From positions 800,001 through 864,000 of the forward strand of contig CAVWPA010000003.1 of assembly GCA_963756875.1 (NCBI GenBank): 64,000 nt of DNA, given 5' to 3'. Both the position numbers and the translations under genes were made by a program. The stretch's first letter is position 1, and every line of letters starts with the position of its first letter. Of this stretch, positions 20,184 to 30,273 are shown one piece after another. This DNA is from an uncultured Verrucomicrobiae bacterium. Lineage in GTDB: Bacteria > Verrucomicrobiota > Verrucomicrobiia > Chthoniobacterales > UBA10450. The notes under the pieces were generated by a model that was not told the origin of the DNA, searched no databases, and was given only the letters and a program-made list of their open reading frames with translations.

Positions 20184-22505
20184 ATGTCTGTGCCCCGGCC
20201 ATTACGAATTCTGTTGGTGGTTAACCTGGAGTGGAACCCGCGCCTCGGGGCTATTCGTGTTTATATGGAGCTCGCCGAACAATGGCGCGCGGCTGGCCAT
20301 TCGGTCGAGCATTTCAGTTTGTCGGAGGCGTTTCCGGGCGCCCGATCTTCGCCGGCAGGATTCGCCATTCGACAGCTTTCGTTTGCCTACAAGGCGGCAG
20401 CCTTTGTCAGAAAAAATGGCGCAAACTTTGACGCGATCGACGCGTTGATTGGTTCGCTGCCGGTGTCGAAGCAAAAGCTTGGCTTCAATGGTTTGCTCGT
20501 GGCCCGCTCGGTCGGATTATATCGGCTCTACGATCGTTTCGAACAAAGCGCGAAACGACGCTGGCCGCCTCGGTCGCGTGGGAAGTTCCTGGGGAGGATT
20601 TTTTACAGTCTAATCAGACGATGGACCATTCGTGCTTGCGATCGGGCAGTCAGGCACGCCGATTTGATCAACGTGCCTAACAAGAGCGAAGCGGAGTGTC
20701 TTCGCCGGGAAGTCGGCCCCGATGCGCGAGTGCTGGTGCAACCTTATGGCGTTACCGATGATCGTCGCCGCTCTCTTTTCAAGGCCGCTGCTGCGGCAGC
20801 GAATCGGTTGGCGGGAAAAAGAATCAGCTTTATTGGAATGTGGGCGCCGCGCAAAGGATCGCAAAATTGGGCGAACATCATCCGCCGGATTCGGGAGAAA
20901 ATTCCGGACGCTCAATTCTCTCTGTTTGGAACGATGGTGGATGCGAGCGCAGTTTCGGCAGACTTGGATTCACTCGACGGAATCGAATTAATCTCCGAAT
21001 ACTCTCCGGAGGACCTGCCCGGATTGCTCTCGAATTGCGCCGTTGGGGCGTTTCCAAGTTACGTCGAGGGTTTTGGGTTGGCTGTTCTGGAACAGCTGGC
21101 CGCGGGGATCCCCACCGTCGCCTTCGACATACCCGGGCCGCATGATGTTCTGAATGAGCGTTTGTCCGAGCTGCTGGTTCCACCCGGGGACGTGGAAAGA
21201 TTTGCCGCCGCGATCTACGAGGTTCTTACGCTTGCTCCGGATGCCTACGAAAACCTGTCGAAGCGCAGCGTGGACGCTGCCGCTTCTTTTAATTGGTCGG
21301 TCATCGCCCGGGATACAGTTTCCGAGTATCGAAAACAACTGCGTGAACTCCGAAAAATCCTGTTCGTTCAGCCTTTCAGTCTTGGCTCGGCTGGCGGCGG
21401 CGGCGCTCGCATTCTTCGGGCACTGCTGAATCGGGCTCCCGTTGGCTGGCATAGCATTTGTTGTTCGCCACGACGCCCTAAGCCGTGGCCTAACGAAACC
21501 CATCTTCCAGACCGGCCGTCGTGGGGAAAGATTGAAACGAGCCGCTTTTCAAGATTTCCAAAAATGACGACGCCTCTCTTTGCGCCCAGTTTCCGGCGAC
21601 GTTTGAAAGCACTTTGCGAAAACATGAACGTGCGGGCTATCCACACAGTTCCGCATTCCGGGATCGATTTCGCCCAGGCGCAGACCGTTGCACGCGAGCT
21701 TTCTCTCCCATTCTTTATCAGCCTGCATGACGATCTCGCTTACACCGCTGCCGCCGAGGCGAATAGCGCCGTTCGCGAGCCGGCCATGCGCGAAGCCTGG
21801 CTGAAGGCCGACGCCAGGTTTGTGATTTCAGAAGCGCTTGGCCGCGAATATTCGCATCGCTACGGAGCGCGAGAGTACAGCGTCGTAACCGATGGTTTGA
21901 CCGAGGTGCACGGGTATCGGGAAAGACCAGAGACCGCCGTTTGGCGGATTTATTTTATGGGACTTTTCCATCTGGACTACGAATTCAATCTGCGAGCGTT
22001 TCTCGAAGCGCTGAATATTTTTGAGCGCGAGCATCCCGGTGCGACCACGAGCATGACTTGCCGATGCGAATATATTCGACCGCACGTTTGGAAGGGGATC
22101 AAGCAGATCAACGTATTGCCGTTTGCCGATGAGGCGCAGATCCAACGCGACATGCAGTCAGCCGATCTCCTTTACATGCCGATGCCTTTTGGGCCGGAGC
22201 ACGAAAATTTCGCGCGTTACAGCGTCTCTACGAAGATGGTGACTTATGTCGGCAGTGGGATCCCAATTATCTATCATGGCCCCACGGCCTCAGCGGCGTT
22301 CGATCTTTTGCACAGGAATCGCGCCGCGATTTTCCTTAACACGCTCGATCCTTCGGAGATTGCCAAATCGCTCGCCCAAATGACGGCCGCCCAGTGTTCC
22401 GAGGTGGCGACGAATGCGGGTTTGATGGCCCGTCGCGAGTTCATGCTGGCGGATCAAACACAGGAATTTTGGGGAACGATCTGCCGCAATGTGGAATTTC
22501 AATGA
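20184..22505 (+). CDS. Tandem two-module GT-B (GT4-like) glycosyltransferase
   Basis: First module RKG...PSYVEGFGLAVLEQLAAG; second module begins KILFVQPFSLGSAGGGG and ends STKMVTYVGSGIPI. Confidence 0.85.
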   Translation: MSVPRPLRILLVVNLEWNPRLGAIRVYMELAEQWRAAGHSVEHFSLSEAFPGARSSPAGFAIRQLSFAYKAAAFVRKNGANFDAIDALIGSLPVSKQKLGFNGLLVARSVGLYRLYDRFEQSAKRRWPPRSRGKFLGRIFYSLIRRWTIRACDRAVRHADLINVPNKSEAECLRREVGPDARVLVQPYGVTDDRRRSLFKAAAAAANRLAGKRISFIGMWAPRKGSQNWANIIRRIREKIPDAQFSLFGTMVDASAVSADLDSLDGIELISEYSPEDLPGLLSNCAVGAFPSYVEGFGLAVLEQLAAGIPTVAFDIPGPHDVLNERLSELLVPPGDVERFAAAIYEVLTLAPDAYENLSKRSVDAAASFNWSVIARDTVSEYRKQLRELRKILFVQPFSLGSAGGGGARILRALLNRAPVGWHSICCSPRRPKPWPNETHLPDRPSWGKIETSRFSRFPKMTTPLFAPSFRRRLKALCENMNVRAIHTVPHSGIDFAQAQTVARELSLPFFISLHDDLAYTAAAEANSAVREPAMREAWLKADARFVISEALGREYSHRYGAREYSVVTDGLTEVHGYRERPETAVWRIYFMGLFHLDYEFNLRAFLEALNIFEREHPGATTSMTCRCEYIRPHVWKGIKQINVLPFADEAQIQRDMQSADLLYMPMPFGPEHENFARYSVSTKMVTYVGSGIPIIYHGPTASAAFDLLHRNRAAIFLNTLDPSEIAKSLAQMTAAQCSEVATNAGLMARREFMLADQTQEFWGTICRNVEFQ

Positions 22506-23606
22506 AGGAACTCCCGCTCGCCATCATCACGACGCGGCTGCCACCGCAAGTATGCGGTGTCGGTACCTACAGTTGGCTGTTACATCAGCATTGGCCGGTT
22601 GATAGCTTGCAAACTCAGTTTCTTGTTATCGATGGCGCGGCCCGGTCTATAGCAGAGCTTCATTACGCTGGGATTTCGGAATTCCACGCCAGGCCGCGTG
22701 AACTTTCCCATCAACTGGAGCGCGTCGGTGCTGCGAAAGTGGTGTTGCATTACGCCGGCCGCGCGTATCAGCGATACGCCTGTCCGATCTGGTTCCCGCG
22801 CGTGTTGCGGAACTGGAAGGCGAAATTTTCGAGCGCGCGTTTGCTGGTTGTTTTTCACGAGTTGCCCGGCGACTTTCCTATTACCTCGCGGTATTTTTGG
22901 ATCGATATGTGCAATCGGGGCGTCATCCGGAAACTTGCCGCGCTCGCAGATGTGATTGTAACCAATACCGACGACCACTTACGCAAGATTGAGGCGATTT
23001 CCAAACGACGCGACGTGCATGTCGTTCCGGTAGGATCTAACATCGAGGCGATCGATGCCCTGCCAGAAGAAAAAGCGCGGACCGAGTTTGTCATTTTTGG
23101 ATTACCATTTGGCCGTTGGCAAACCCTGCGGATGTTTGCGGCGGAGATCGGCTCCTGGCAGCAAAGCGGTCGATTGACGAAACTGCACCTTGTCGGCCCA
23201 CGCGATGAGAAATTCGACCTGCGTTCCGATCGATTGATTGCCGGGTGGCCGAGGCCTTCCATGATTGTTCGTCATGGGTTACTGCCTTCCGTTGAAGTTT
23301 CGAAAGTACCTCGGCCGAGTGAGATACGGCCTAACCAATGTGACGGTCGAGAACTGGAGCAAGTCTGCAGTGTTTATGGCCTGCGCGTCGCATGGCTGCG
23401 CCGTCGTTTGTAAAGCAAGGCCCGAACAGCCGCCGCTGTGCTTTACAGTTGCGGCTGACGAAGTTGCGACCATCCCTGACCGCGATCTGGCCGATCGGAC
23501 ACGATCTCTTAAAGAATGGTATGCTCGAAACGCGGACTGGAACGTTATCGCTGGAAAAATCTCGGCGCTGCTGGCCAACAATGTCGAGAGGGGGGGCAAC
23601 CTGTGA
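22502..23606 (+). pseudogene. GT-B glycosyltransferase-like gene, frameshifted at 23303-23305 (pseudogene or sequencing error)
   Basis: PPQVCGVGTYS and VFHE in one frame, SKSAVFMACASHG in the next; removing one A from TCGAAAGTAC gives EVSKYLGR; similar to the next gene. Confidence 0.7.
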
Positions 23607-24655
23607 CCGGCGAATTGCTTATCATTACTCCGGAGTTGGCGCCGGGCGCGGGTGGGGTTGGCGATTATTCGCTGCGATTGCTTGAGAATTTGCCGGACCG
23701 GAAAAACATCAAACTACTCGTGCCGCCGGGCGATTTGAAGGAGCTTTCCCCGAGCGTCCGCAAAGTGCTCGTGCAATACAGTGCCTACGGTTTTGATCCT
23801 CTCGGTTATCCGCGCCATCTGATTCGAGCGCTGATCCACTGGAAAAAAAGGTCACACGGCCGATTGCTCATTATGTTCCATGAGATCTGGACGTTTTGGC
23901 CAATGACGAACAAAAACTGTTTTGTGCAAATGCTTCATCGCCGAGCGATCAAGCGCTTGCTTTCACATGCCGATGTTGTTTTCACCAGCACGCCAAGCCA
24001 GGCTGATCATCTCCGGGCCTTATCGGCGAGCGCTCCGGTTCACGTGCTGCCTGTCGGGTCCAATATTTCTCGTAAATCCGGCGTCGATCTTCCGCGTCAC
24101 GCCGGGTGGGCAATCATTTTCGGGAGGCAGTCGGCAAGGGTGCGTTCCCTGAAAAAAATGCGCGCCAGCCTGAACGCTTTGGCGACGGCCGAACAACTTA
24201 CCCGGATCATTACGGTCGGCGCGAATTCGGATTCGCAAGCACACAACGAAGAACGCGATTTACTTGCGGACTTGTCACTTGCGGATGGCTTCGAACAACG
24301 CGGGCCGCAATCCGAAGCGACCATCTCGGAAATGCTTTCGACTGCTTCATTTGGCATCTTCGGCCAGGATGAATTGAGCTATGGCAAGTCGGGGACTTTT
24401 ATGGCGTACGCCGCGCATGATCTAAATGTTCTTGCAGATTTTGCCGATCCATCCGGACCGGAGCCTCTTTGCTGGCTGGTTGCGCCGCGCGACCTGGTTG
24501 AGGGAATTTCGCCATCCGAATTAAAAAGACGCGCCGAACATTTGCGCGAATGGCAGCAACGGGCTGCATCCTGGGAGCTGATTGGCGCAACGATCGCGCA
24601 GGCGTTTGAATTAGGTGCAACCAAACGATTACGGGTTCAAACTGCTCGCCAGTGA
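23603..24655 (+). CDS. GT-B glycosyltransferase-like protein
   Basis: GTG overlaps previous stop; GGVGDYS, MFHE, LPVGSNI, KSGTFMAYAAH. Confidence 0.75.
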   Translation: MTGELLIITPELAPGAGGVGDYSLRLLENLPDRKNIKLLVPPGDLKELSPSVRKVLVQYSAYGFDPLGYPRHLIRALIHWKKRSHGRLLIMFHEIWTFWPMTNKNCFVQMLHRRAIKRLLSHADVVFTSTPSQADHLRALSASAPVHVLPVGSNISRKSGVDLPRHAGWAIIFGRQSARVRSLKKMRASLNALATAEQLTRIITVGANSDSQAHNEERDLLADLSLADGFEQRGPQSEATISEMLSTASFGIFGQDELSYGKSGTFMAYAAHDLNVLADFADPSGPEPLCWLVAPRDLVEGISPSELKRRAEHLREWQQRAASWELIGATIAQAFELGATKRLRVQTARQ

Positions 24656-25707
24656 AACAAATAAAACTACTACTCGTCAGTCCCTGCTTTGGCACTTATG
24701 GCGGGATTGAGGCGTTCGTTCTGGCCGTGACCGAAGCGGTGCGCCGCGAACCGGATTTCACCGTGCGACTCTGCTTTAAGAAGGTCAAGGGTTTCGCCTT
24801 GAGCCCTGGAATGGCAGCGATGTTGCGCCACGAAACCATCTTGTTTGTTGATCGCGCCGGGCGTGACTTGGCCGACGCAATCAAGTGGGCTGACATCGTG
24901 CATTTACAGAATGCATCGCCCGACGTCGTCTTCCTGGCCAAGTTTTATAGAAAACCTGTCGTGCTTACCATTCACAACTATATGCGACATGAATGGAGCC
25001 TGCATCGATTCCTGTGGCGGATCGCCGCGCGTTTGGCCGATGCGCGCTGGTACAATTCAAACTTTGTCTGGAATACCTGGGAAGGAAATCGCAAGCGGCG
25101 CACCAGCCGCAGGGTCCCGACGGTGTCAAAGCTTCCGCAAGGCTGGGTCTCGCCTAACCAACGGCGCGGTTTCGTTTTTGTCGGCCGCTGGATCGAGCAC
25201 AAAGGAATCGACACTCTTGTAGACGCGTACGCCCGGGCCAATCTCGACCGGGAATCCTGGCCGCTTCTATTGATGGGCGAAGGTCCATTGCGTCCCGCAA
25301 TCGAATCCCGGATCAAAAAACACGGTTTGGACAGCGTCCGGATCGCCGGATTTGTCGATGAAATAACAAAGGCCGATCGGATGAAAAACGCTCGCTGGGT
25401 TGTCGTTCCGCCTGAGACGAAAGAGGATTTGGGATTGACTGCCATCGAGGCGCGAAGTCTCGGTGTTCCCTGCATCATCACTCGCGATGGAGGTTTGCCG
25501 GAAGCCGGTGGCAGCCAGGCTCTCATCTGCGAACCGGGCGATTCGGCTGCTCTGGCAAAACTTCTCGAGCACGCGGCACAAATGAGCGAAGCCGAATATG
25601 TGGAACGAGCCAATCGGACGCGCGAAGAATTGCAGAACCAGCTTCAGCCGATGGATTTTTATGCGCAGTCCTATCGCCGCATTCTCCATCGCGAACCGGT
25701 GCAATAA
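24652..25707 (+). CDS. Glycosyltransferase family 4
   Basis: GGIE, FVGRWIEHKG, EDLGLTAIEA, GGLPE. Confidence 0.9.
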   Translation: MKQIKLLLVSPCFGTYGGIEAFVLAVTEAVRREPDFTVRLCFKKVKGFALSPGMAAMLRHETILFVDRAGRDLADAIKWADIVHLQNASPDVVFLAKFYRKPVVLTIHNYMRHEWSLHRFLWRIAARLADARWYNSNFVWNTWEGNRKRRTSRRVPTVSKLPQGWVSPNQRRGFVFVGRWIEHKGIDTLVDAYARANLDRESWPLLLMGEGPLRPAIESRIKKHGLDSVRIAGFVDEITKADRMKNARWVVVPPETKEDLGLTAIEARSLGVPCIITRDGGLPEAGGSQALICEPGDSAALAKLLEHAAQMSEAEYVERANRTREELQNQLQPMDFYAQSYRRILHREPVQ

Positions 25708-26946
25708 ATGGTTTTGCTGATCCACCCATTTGGGAATGCGAACGTGCGGGCATTGCTCGAGGCGCTCTATCGCCATGATCTGCTCGCCCGGTTTATGACC
25801 ACCATCGGCTGGTCGAATAAATCTCATTCGGCGTTGACGCCAAAAATCCGCGGGGCGCTTCGTCGCAATTACGAATTGCCCGCGAACAAGATCGACATCC
25901 ATCCCTTTCGCGAATCGGTGCGGCTATTGGCGGGCAGATTCGGTTTGGGCAAGTTAACAACGCACGAAACCGGATGGGCCAGCATTGACCGGGTTTGGCA
26001 GAGTCTTGATTGGAAAGCGGCGCGGGGAATTCGTCGTGGTCGATTTAGCGGAGATCTTCGGGCAGTTTACGCATATGAAGATTGTGCCGAGCAATCGTTC
26101 ATTGCAGCGCGCAATGTTGATTTGCGCCGCATTTACGATCTGCCCATTGCATATTGGGAAACGGCCCAGCGATTGCTGCGCGAAGAAGCGCAGCGCTATC
26201 CGGATTGGGAGCCGACTTTAGGCGGAACCCGCGATTCCCCGGAAAAGCTTTCGCGGAAAACGAGAGAGCTGGATCTGGCCGAACTGGTGATTTGTCCCAG
26301 TCAGTTTGTTCTTGGTTCCCTGCCTGCCGAAACCAGGAAGGCGAAGGAATGCCTTGTCGTACCGTTCGGTGGTCCACCTGTGGAGCAAACTCGGGAAGAA
26401 TCGACGGCTGCAAACAATCATCGTCCGTTGCGTATTCTGTTCGCCGGCGCGCTGACGCAGCGCAAGGGCCTGGCCGATCTCTTCGCCGCGATGAAAATGA
26501 TTGGTTCAAAAGAGATCGAGCTCGTGGCCATGGGCTCGCTTCTGCGTCCGCTCAACTGGTATCGGCAAAGACTGGCGAAATTCGCTTACGAACCTCCGCG
26601 TCCGCATGCGGGCGTGTTGCAGCTGATGGAAAGCTGCGATGTTTTTGTCCTTCCATCCATTGTCGAAGGGCGCGCGCTGGTGCAGCAGGAGGCGATGGCC
26701 TGCGGACTTCCGGTAATCACAACCAGGAACGCCGGTGCGGATGATTTGATTGTCGATGGAGAGACCGGATTTCTCGTTCCGATCCGTTCTCCGGAAGCCA
26801 TTGCCGAAAAAATATGCTGGTGCGCAGACAACCGATCGCGCATCTCTGGCATGGGGATTGCAGCCAAGAGACGCGCGAGCGAATTTACCTGGCGCGCCTA
26901 TGGCGACAGGATCGTCGCCGCGATCCGAGCGTTAATTTCCAAATGA
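25708..26946 (+). CDS. Glycosyltransferase family 4
   Basis: FAGALTQRKG, PSIVEGRALVQQEAMACGLPVI. Confidence 0.92.
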   Translation: MVLLIHPFGNANVRALLEALYRHDLLARFMTTIGWSNKSHSALTPKIRGALRRNYELPANKIDIHPFRESVRLLAGRFGLGKLTTHETGWASIDRVWQSLDWKAARGIRRGRFSGDLRAVYAYEDCAEQSFIAARNVDLRRIYDLPIAYWETAQRLLREEAQRYPDWEPTLGGTRDSPEKLSRKTRELDLAELVICPSQFVLGSLPAETRKAKECLVVPFGGPPVEQTREESTAANNHRPLRILFAGALTQRKGLADLFAAMKMIGSKEIELVAMGSLLRPLNWYRQRLAKFAYEPPRPHAGVLQLMESCDVFVLPSIVEGRALVQQEAMACGLPVITTRNAGADDLIVDGETGFLVPIRSPEAIAEKICWCADNRSRISGMGIAAKRRASEFTWRAYGDRIVAAIRALISK

Positions 26947-28394
26947 AAGGGGACGATCCCATCGAAAAAGCGAAACACCGTATTCGCCAGCTGATCTGGC
27001 TGTACTTTTGGCTCCTTTTAATCGAGGGAGCGCTTCGCAAGTGGGTCGTGCCGCAAGCGCAGTTTTCAAATCCACTTCTGATTGTGCGCGATCCCGTTGC
27101 GCTCCTAATCTATTTGTATGCGCTGCGGGCCGGCGTCTTCCCGCGCAACTGGTGGGTCATTTCGGTTCTTACGATCGGTGCGCTTTGTCTCCTGACCACC
27201 TTTGCCCAGCTTCTTCCCTACATCCCTGCTAAAACGATCGCGCTTGTTGCCGGTTATGGATTTCACGCCAACTACTTTCATCTTCCCCTGATTTTTGTGA
27301 TGGCGAGCGTTTTGCGCCGGGAAGACGTCAAAAAGATAGGCAAATGGACGCTGCTCATCCTTGTGCCAATGTCGATCCTGATGGTCTTGCAGTTTCATGC
27401 CGGGCCGGATTCGTTCGTTAACCGGACGGCTGGAGGCGAAGGCGAGATGATTACAGCCGGCATGGGTAAAGTGAGGACATCAGGTACGTTTTCCTTCGTT
27501 ACCGGAGTCGTCGCCTATTTTGCAATGGCAACCGGCTATCTGATCTGGGGGGTACTGAAGAAGGGTACTTACAAGAATTGGTTGCTTGGCGCAGCCGCTA
27601 TCGCTTTGGTTGTCGGGATCGCCGTTTCCGGCAGCCGTTCTGTTGTTGGGGCGTGTGTCGTTGTCGTCGCGGTGCTTTTACCCGTGTTTTTCATGAAGCC
27701 GGAAGCTGTCAGCCGCTTTGGCCAAATTCTCGTCATAACTGTCATATTGGGATTCGTCGTCAGTCGCATTCCGTTTGTTCGAGAAGGTGTTCATGTTCTC
27801 ACGAACCGATTTACCGAAGTGGCGGAGGCCAGCGATCAAACCGTCGCCGGCAATGTTGTTTCGCGGGTTCTTGGCGGCTTTCAAGAAAGTCTGTTCATCT
27901 TAAGCAAGGGAATAGCGCCTCTGTTGGGTTTTGGACTTGGCATTGGCACAAATGCCGGCGCCAAGCTTCTCACCGGGCATCATGTATTTCTTCTGACGGA
28001 AGATGAATGGTCTCGCATTTTTCTCGAGAGCGGCCCGATTTTGGGCGTGGCATACGTCGCCTGGCGCGTCGCCTTTGCGCTTCATGTTTTATGGCTGAGC
28101 CTTAAGTCGGTTTTGCTGCGCAATCTGCTTCCGCTTTTGCTGTTCGCCTCCGCGGGTCTTCCGTTGGTGAACGGCGAGTTCGGCCAACCGACTATTCTCG
28201 GCTTCGTAGTCTTCGCAACCGGGCTGGCCCTGGCCGCACGGAATGAGGAGGAAATCCAATTGGCGGAACCTGAAGAGAGTTCCGCTTCCCGCGCGAAGAT
28301 TGCCCGCCCGGTCCGGCGCCGTTCGCCGTACGCGGAGCGATTGCACAGCTCGGGCGTGGAAGATAACCAAAGCAATGGTGCTATTGATCGGTAA
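26943..28394 (+). CDS. Putative O-antigen/EPS polymerase (Wzy-like membrane protein)
   Basis: Multi-TM; EGALRKW, RTSGTFSF, SGSRS, GFGLGIGTN; EPS context. Confidence 0.7.
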   Translation: MKGDDPIEKAKHRIRQLIWLYFWLLLIEGALRKWVVPQAQFSNPLLIVRDPVALLIYLYALRAGVFPRNWWVISVLTIGALCLLTTFAQLLPYIPAKTIALVAGYGFHANYFHLPLIFVMASVLRREDVKKIGKWTLLILVPMSILMVLQFHAGPDSFVNRTAGGEGEMITAGMGKVRTSGTFSFVTGVVAYFAMATGYLIWGVLKKGTYKNWLLGAAAIALVVGIAVSGSRSVVGACVVVVAVLLPVFFMKPEAVSRFGQILVITVILGFVVSRIPFVREGVHVLTNRFTEVAEASDQTVAGNVVSRVLGGFQESLFILSKGIAPLLGFGLGIGTNAGAKLLTGHHVFLLTEDEWSRIFLESGPILGVAYVAWRVAFALHVLWLSLKSVLLRNLLPLLLFASAGLPLVNGEFGQPTILGFVVFATGLALAARNEEEIQLAEPEESSASRAKIARPVRRRSPYAERLHSSGVEDNQSNGAIDR

Positions 28395-29502
28395 TTACGC
28401 CCCCGATCAGCAGCAAAGCATGCAACGCTTCAGTGCCATGATGCTGCAAGGCCTGACTGCCGCTGGCGTCCACGCGGAGTTGATCAAACCGCAGCCGGTC
28501 TTTGGTAATTTGAGGTCGTTAGGCCCGTTCGTTTCCAAATGGCTTGGTTATATCGACAAATACATTTTGTTTCCCGGGAAATTGAAGGCCCTGTTATCGC
28601 ATCAGCCCGCTCTCGTCCATATCTGCGATCATTCCAACGCGGTTTATGTGCGTCATTGCCGAGGTGTGCCGATTCTGGTGACCTGCCATGATCTACTTGC
28701 CGTTCGGGGCGCGCTCGGCGAACAAACCGATTGTCCGGCGTCTTTGACCGGCCGGATTCTTCAGCGCCGGATTCTCAATGGATTGCAACGAGCAGATGTG
28801 GTTGCATGCGTTTCTCGCGCCACGGCCGACGATGCCAATCGTCTGCTGGCTTCCGGATGTTGCCATCCCCGCGTTGCCATTGTCGGAATGGGCTTGAATT
28901 ACCCCTACCGAAAACTTGAACCGGAAGTCGCCCGCGCCCGACTCGCGGGGATCGACACGTTTGATGCCGCGATTCCATTCGTTCTTCATGTCGGCTCCAA
29001 CCTTAGGAGGAAAAATCGCGATGCCGTATTGCGAATTTTCGCGATGTGCAAAGACAAATGGAACGGTCGGCTCGTGTTTGCCGGCAATCGTTTGAATGCA
29101 GAGCTAGTCTCGCTGGCGGCAGAGCTCGGAATCGCTGACCGAATTATCCAGTTGGAAAATCCGGAAAGCGAATTACTCGAGGCACTCTATAATTGTGCAG
29201 TCGCGCTCTTGTATCCGTCACGATTCGAGGGTTTCGGTTGGCCGATTATCGAAGCGCAGGCCTGCGGCTGTCCGGTCATTTGCAGCAACTCCGGGCCGCT
29301 TCCGGAGGCGGCGGGCGACGCCGGGCTGTTTCACGATGTCAGCGATGAAAGAGGTTTTGCGGAAGATCTGCTGCAGCTCGGGGACCCTGCAAAACGCGCG
29401 GAGTGGAGCGCGAAAAGCCTGCGCAACGCATCGAAATTTTCAACGGCCAGCATGATCGCAAACTACATCGACATCTACCGTAGCTTGGGAGCGAAACTGT
29501 GA
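28375..29502 (+). CDS. Glycosyltransferase family 4
   Basis: TCHDL, RKN, PSRFEGFGWPIIEAQACGCPV. Confidence 0.92.
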   Translation: MVLLIGNYAPDQQQSMQRFSAMMLQGLTAAGVHAELIKPQPVFGNLRSLGPFVSKWLGYIDKYILFPGKLKALLSHQPALVHICDHSNAVYVRHCRGVPILVTCHDLLAVRGALGEQTDCPASLTGRILQRRILNGLQRADVVACVSRATADDANRLLASGCCHPRVAIVGMGLNYPYRKLEPEVARARLAGIDTFDAAIPFVLHVGSNLRRKNRDAVLRIFAMCKDKWNGRLVFAGNRLNAELVSLAAELGIADRIIQLENPESELLEALYNCAVALLYPSRFEGFGWPIIEAQACGCPVICSNSGPLPEAAGDAGLFHDVSDERGFAEDLLQLGDPAKRAEWSAKSLRNASKFSTASMIANYIDIYRSLGAKL

Positions 29503-30164
29503 AAAGGCTTCTCATGCTCCTGAGTTTTTTTCTGCCATGGGGGCTACGCCGTTCCTTTCTGGAAAAGCAATTCGGTTACAAGATTCATCCAAGCTGCAAA
29601 ATCGGATTTGCCTGGATTGTTCCCGCGCGTTTGATCATGGAAGAGGGGAGTCGAATCGACCATCTTACGGTTTGCAAGAACATCGACCTGCTTCATCTGA
29701 AGGCACACGCTTTGATCGGTCGCGGGAATTGGATCACCGGTTTTCCGCTCGGGCCATCCCGTCATTTCGCGGAGGAAAAAGATCGGCGCCCGGAATTGAT
29801 TGTCGGGGAGCACTCCGCGATAACGCACCGGCATCTGATCGATTGCACGAGCTCGGTCACGATCGGCAAGTTTACGACTGTCGCCGGTTTCCAGTCTCAG
29901 ATTATTACGCACACCATCGACATCGAAAACAGTCGTCAGACATCTGCGCCTGTGCGGATTGGCGATTATTGTTTCATTGGAACAAATTGCGTCCTGCTCG
30001 GAGGCAGTGCGGTTCCCGATTTTTGCGTGCTCGGCGCGAAGTCGCTATTGAATAAGACATTTACGGAGCCGTATCAGCTCTATGGAGGAGTGCCCGCGCA
30101 CCCGATCCAGGAACTCTCCAAGGACAGCAAATATTTCCAGCGAACGGAAGGCTTCGTTGTTTAG
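29499..30164 (+). CDS. Hexapeptide-repeat (LbH) O-acetyltransferase
   Basis: VRIGDYCFIGTNCVLLGG, YGGVPA. Confidence 0.88.
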   Translation: MKRLLMLLSFFLPWGLRRSFLEKQFGYKIHPSCKIGFAWIVPARLIMEEGSRIDHLTVCKNIDLLHLKAHALIGRGNWITGFPLGPSRHFAEEKDRRPELIVGEHSAITHRHLIDCTSSVTIGKFTTVAGFQSQIITHTIDIENSRQTSAPVRIGDYCFIGTNCVLLGGSAVPDFCVLGAKSLLNKTFTEPYQLYGGVPAHPIQELSKDSKYFQRTEGFVV

Positions 30165-30273
30165 AAGCGATTTCATAACCAGGAGTGGAGCGCGTGGCTG
30201 TTCGATTTTTGGTTTGAACAAGGCGCAACGAGGAAGCATATCCGCGGCCAACCCCTGTTTATGAAATGGCTTC
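30164..30273. mobile_element. MITE-like element with 20 bp terminal inverted repeats
   Basis: GAAGCGATTTCATAACCAGG vs reverse complement of 30254-30273 GAAGCCATTTCATAAACAGG (18/20); begins in a TAG stop codon. Confidence 0.75.

Noticed and set aside
23295..23320. Programmed frameshifting or phase variation at the two frameshifts
   Set aside because: No canonical slippery heptamer or long homopolymer at either site; single-base error or mutation is simpler.
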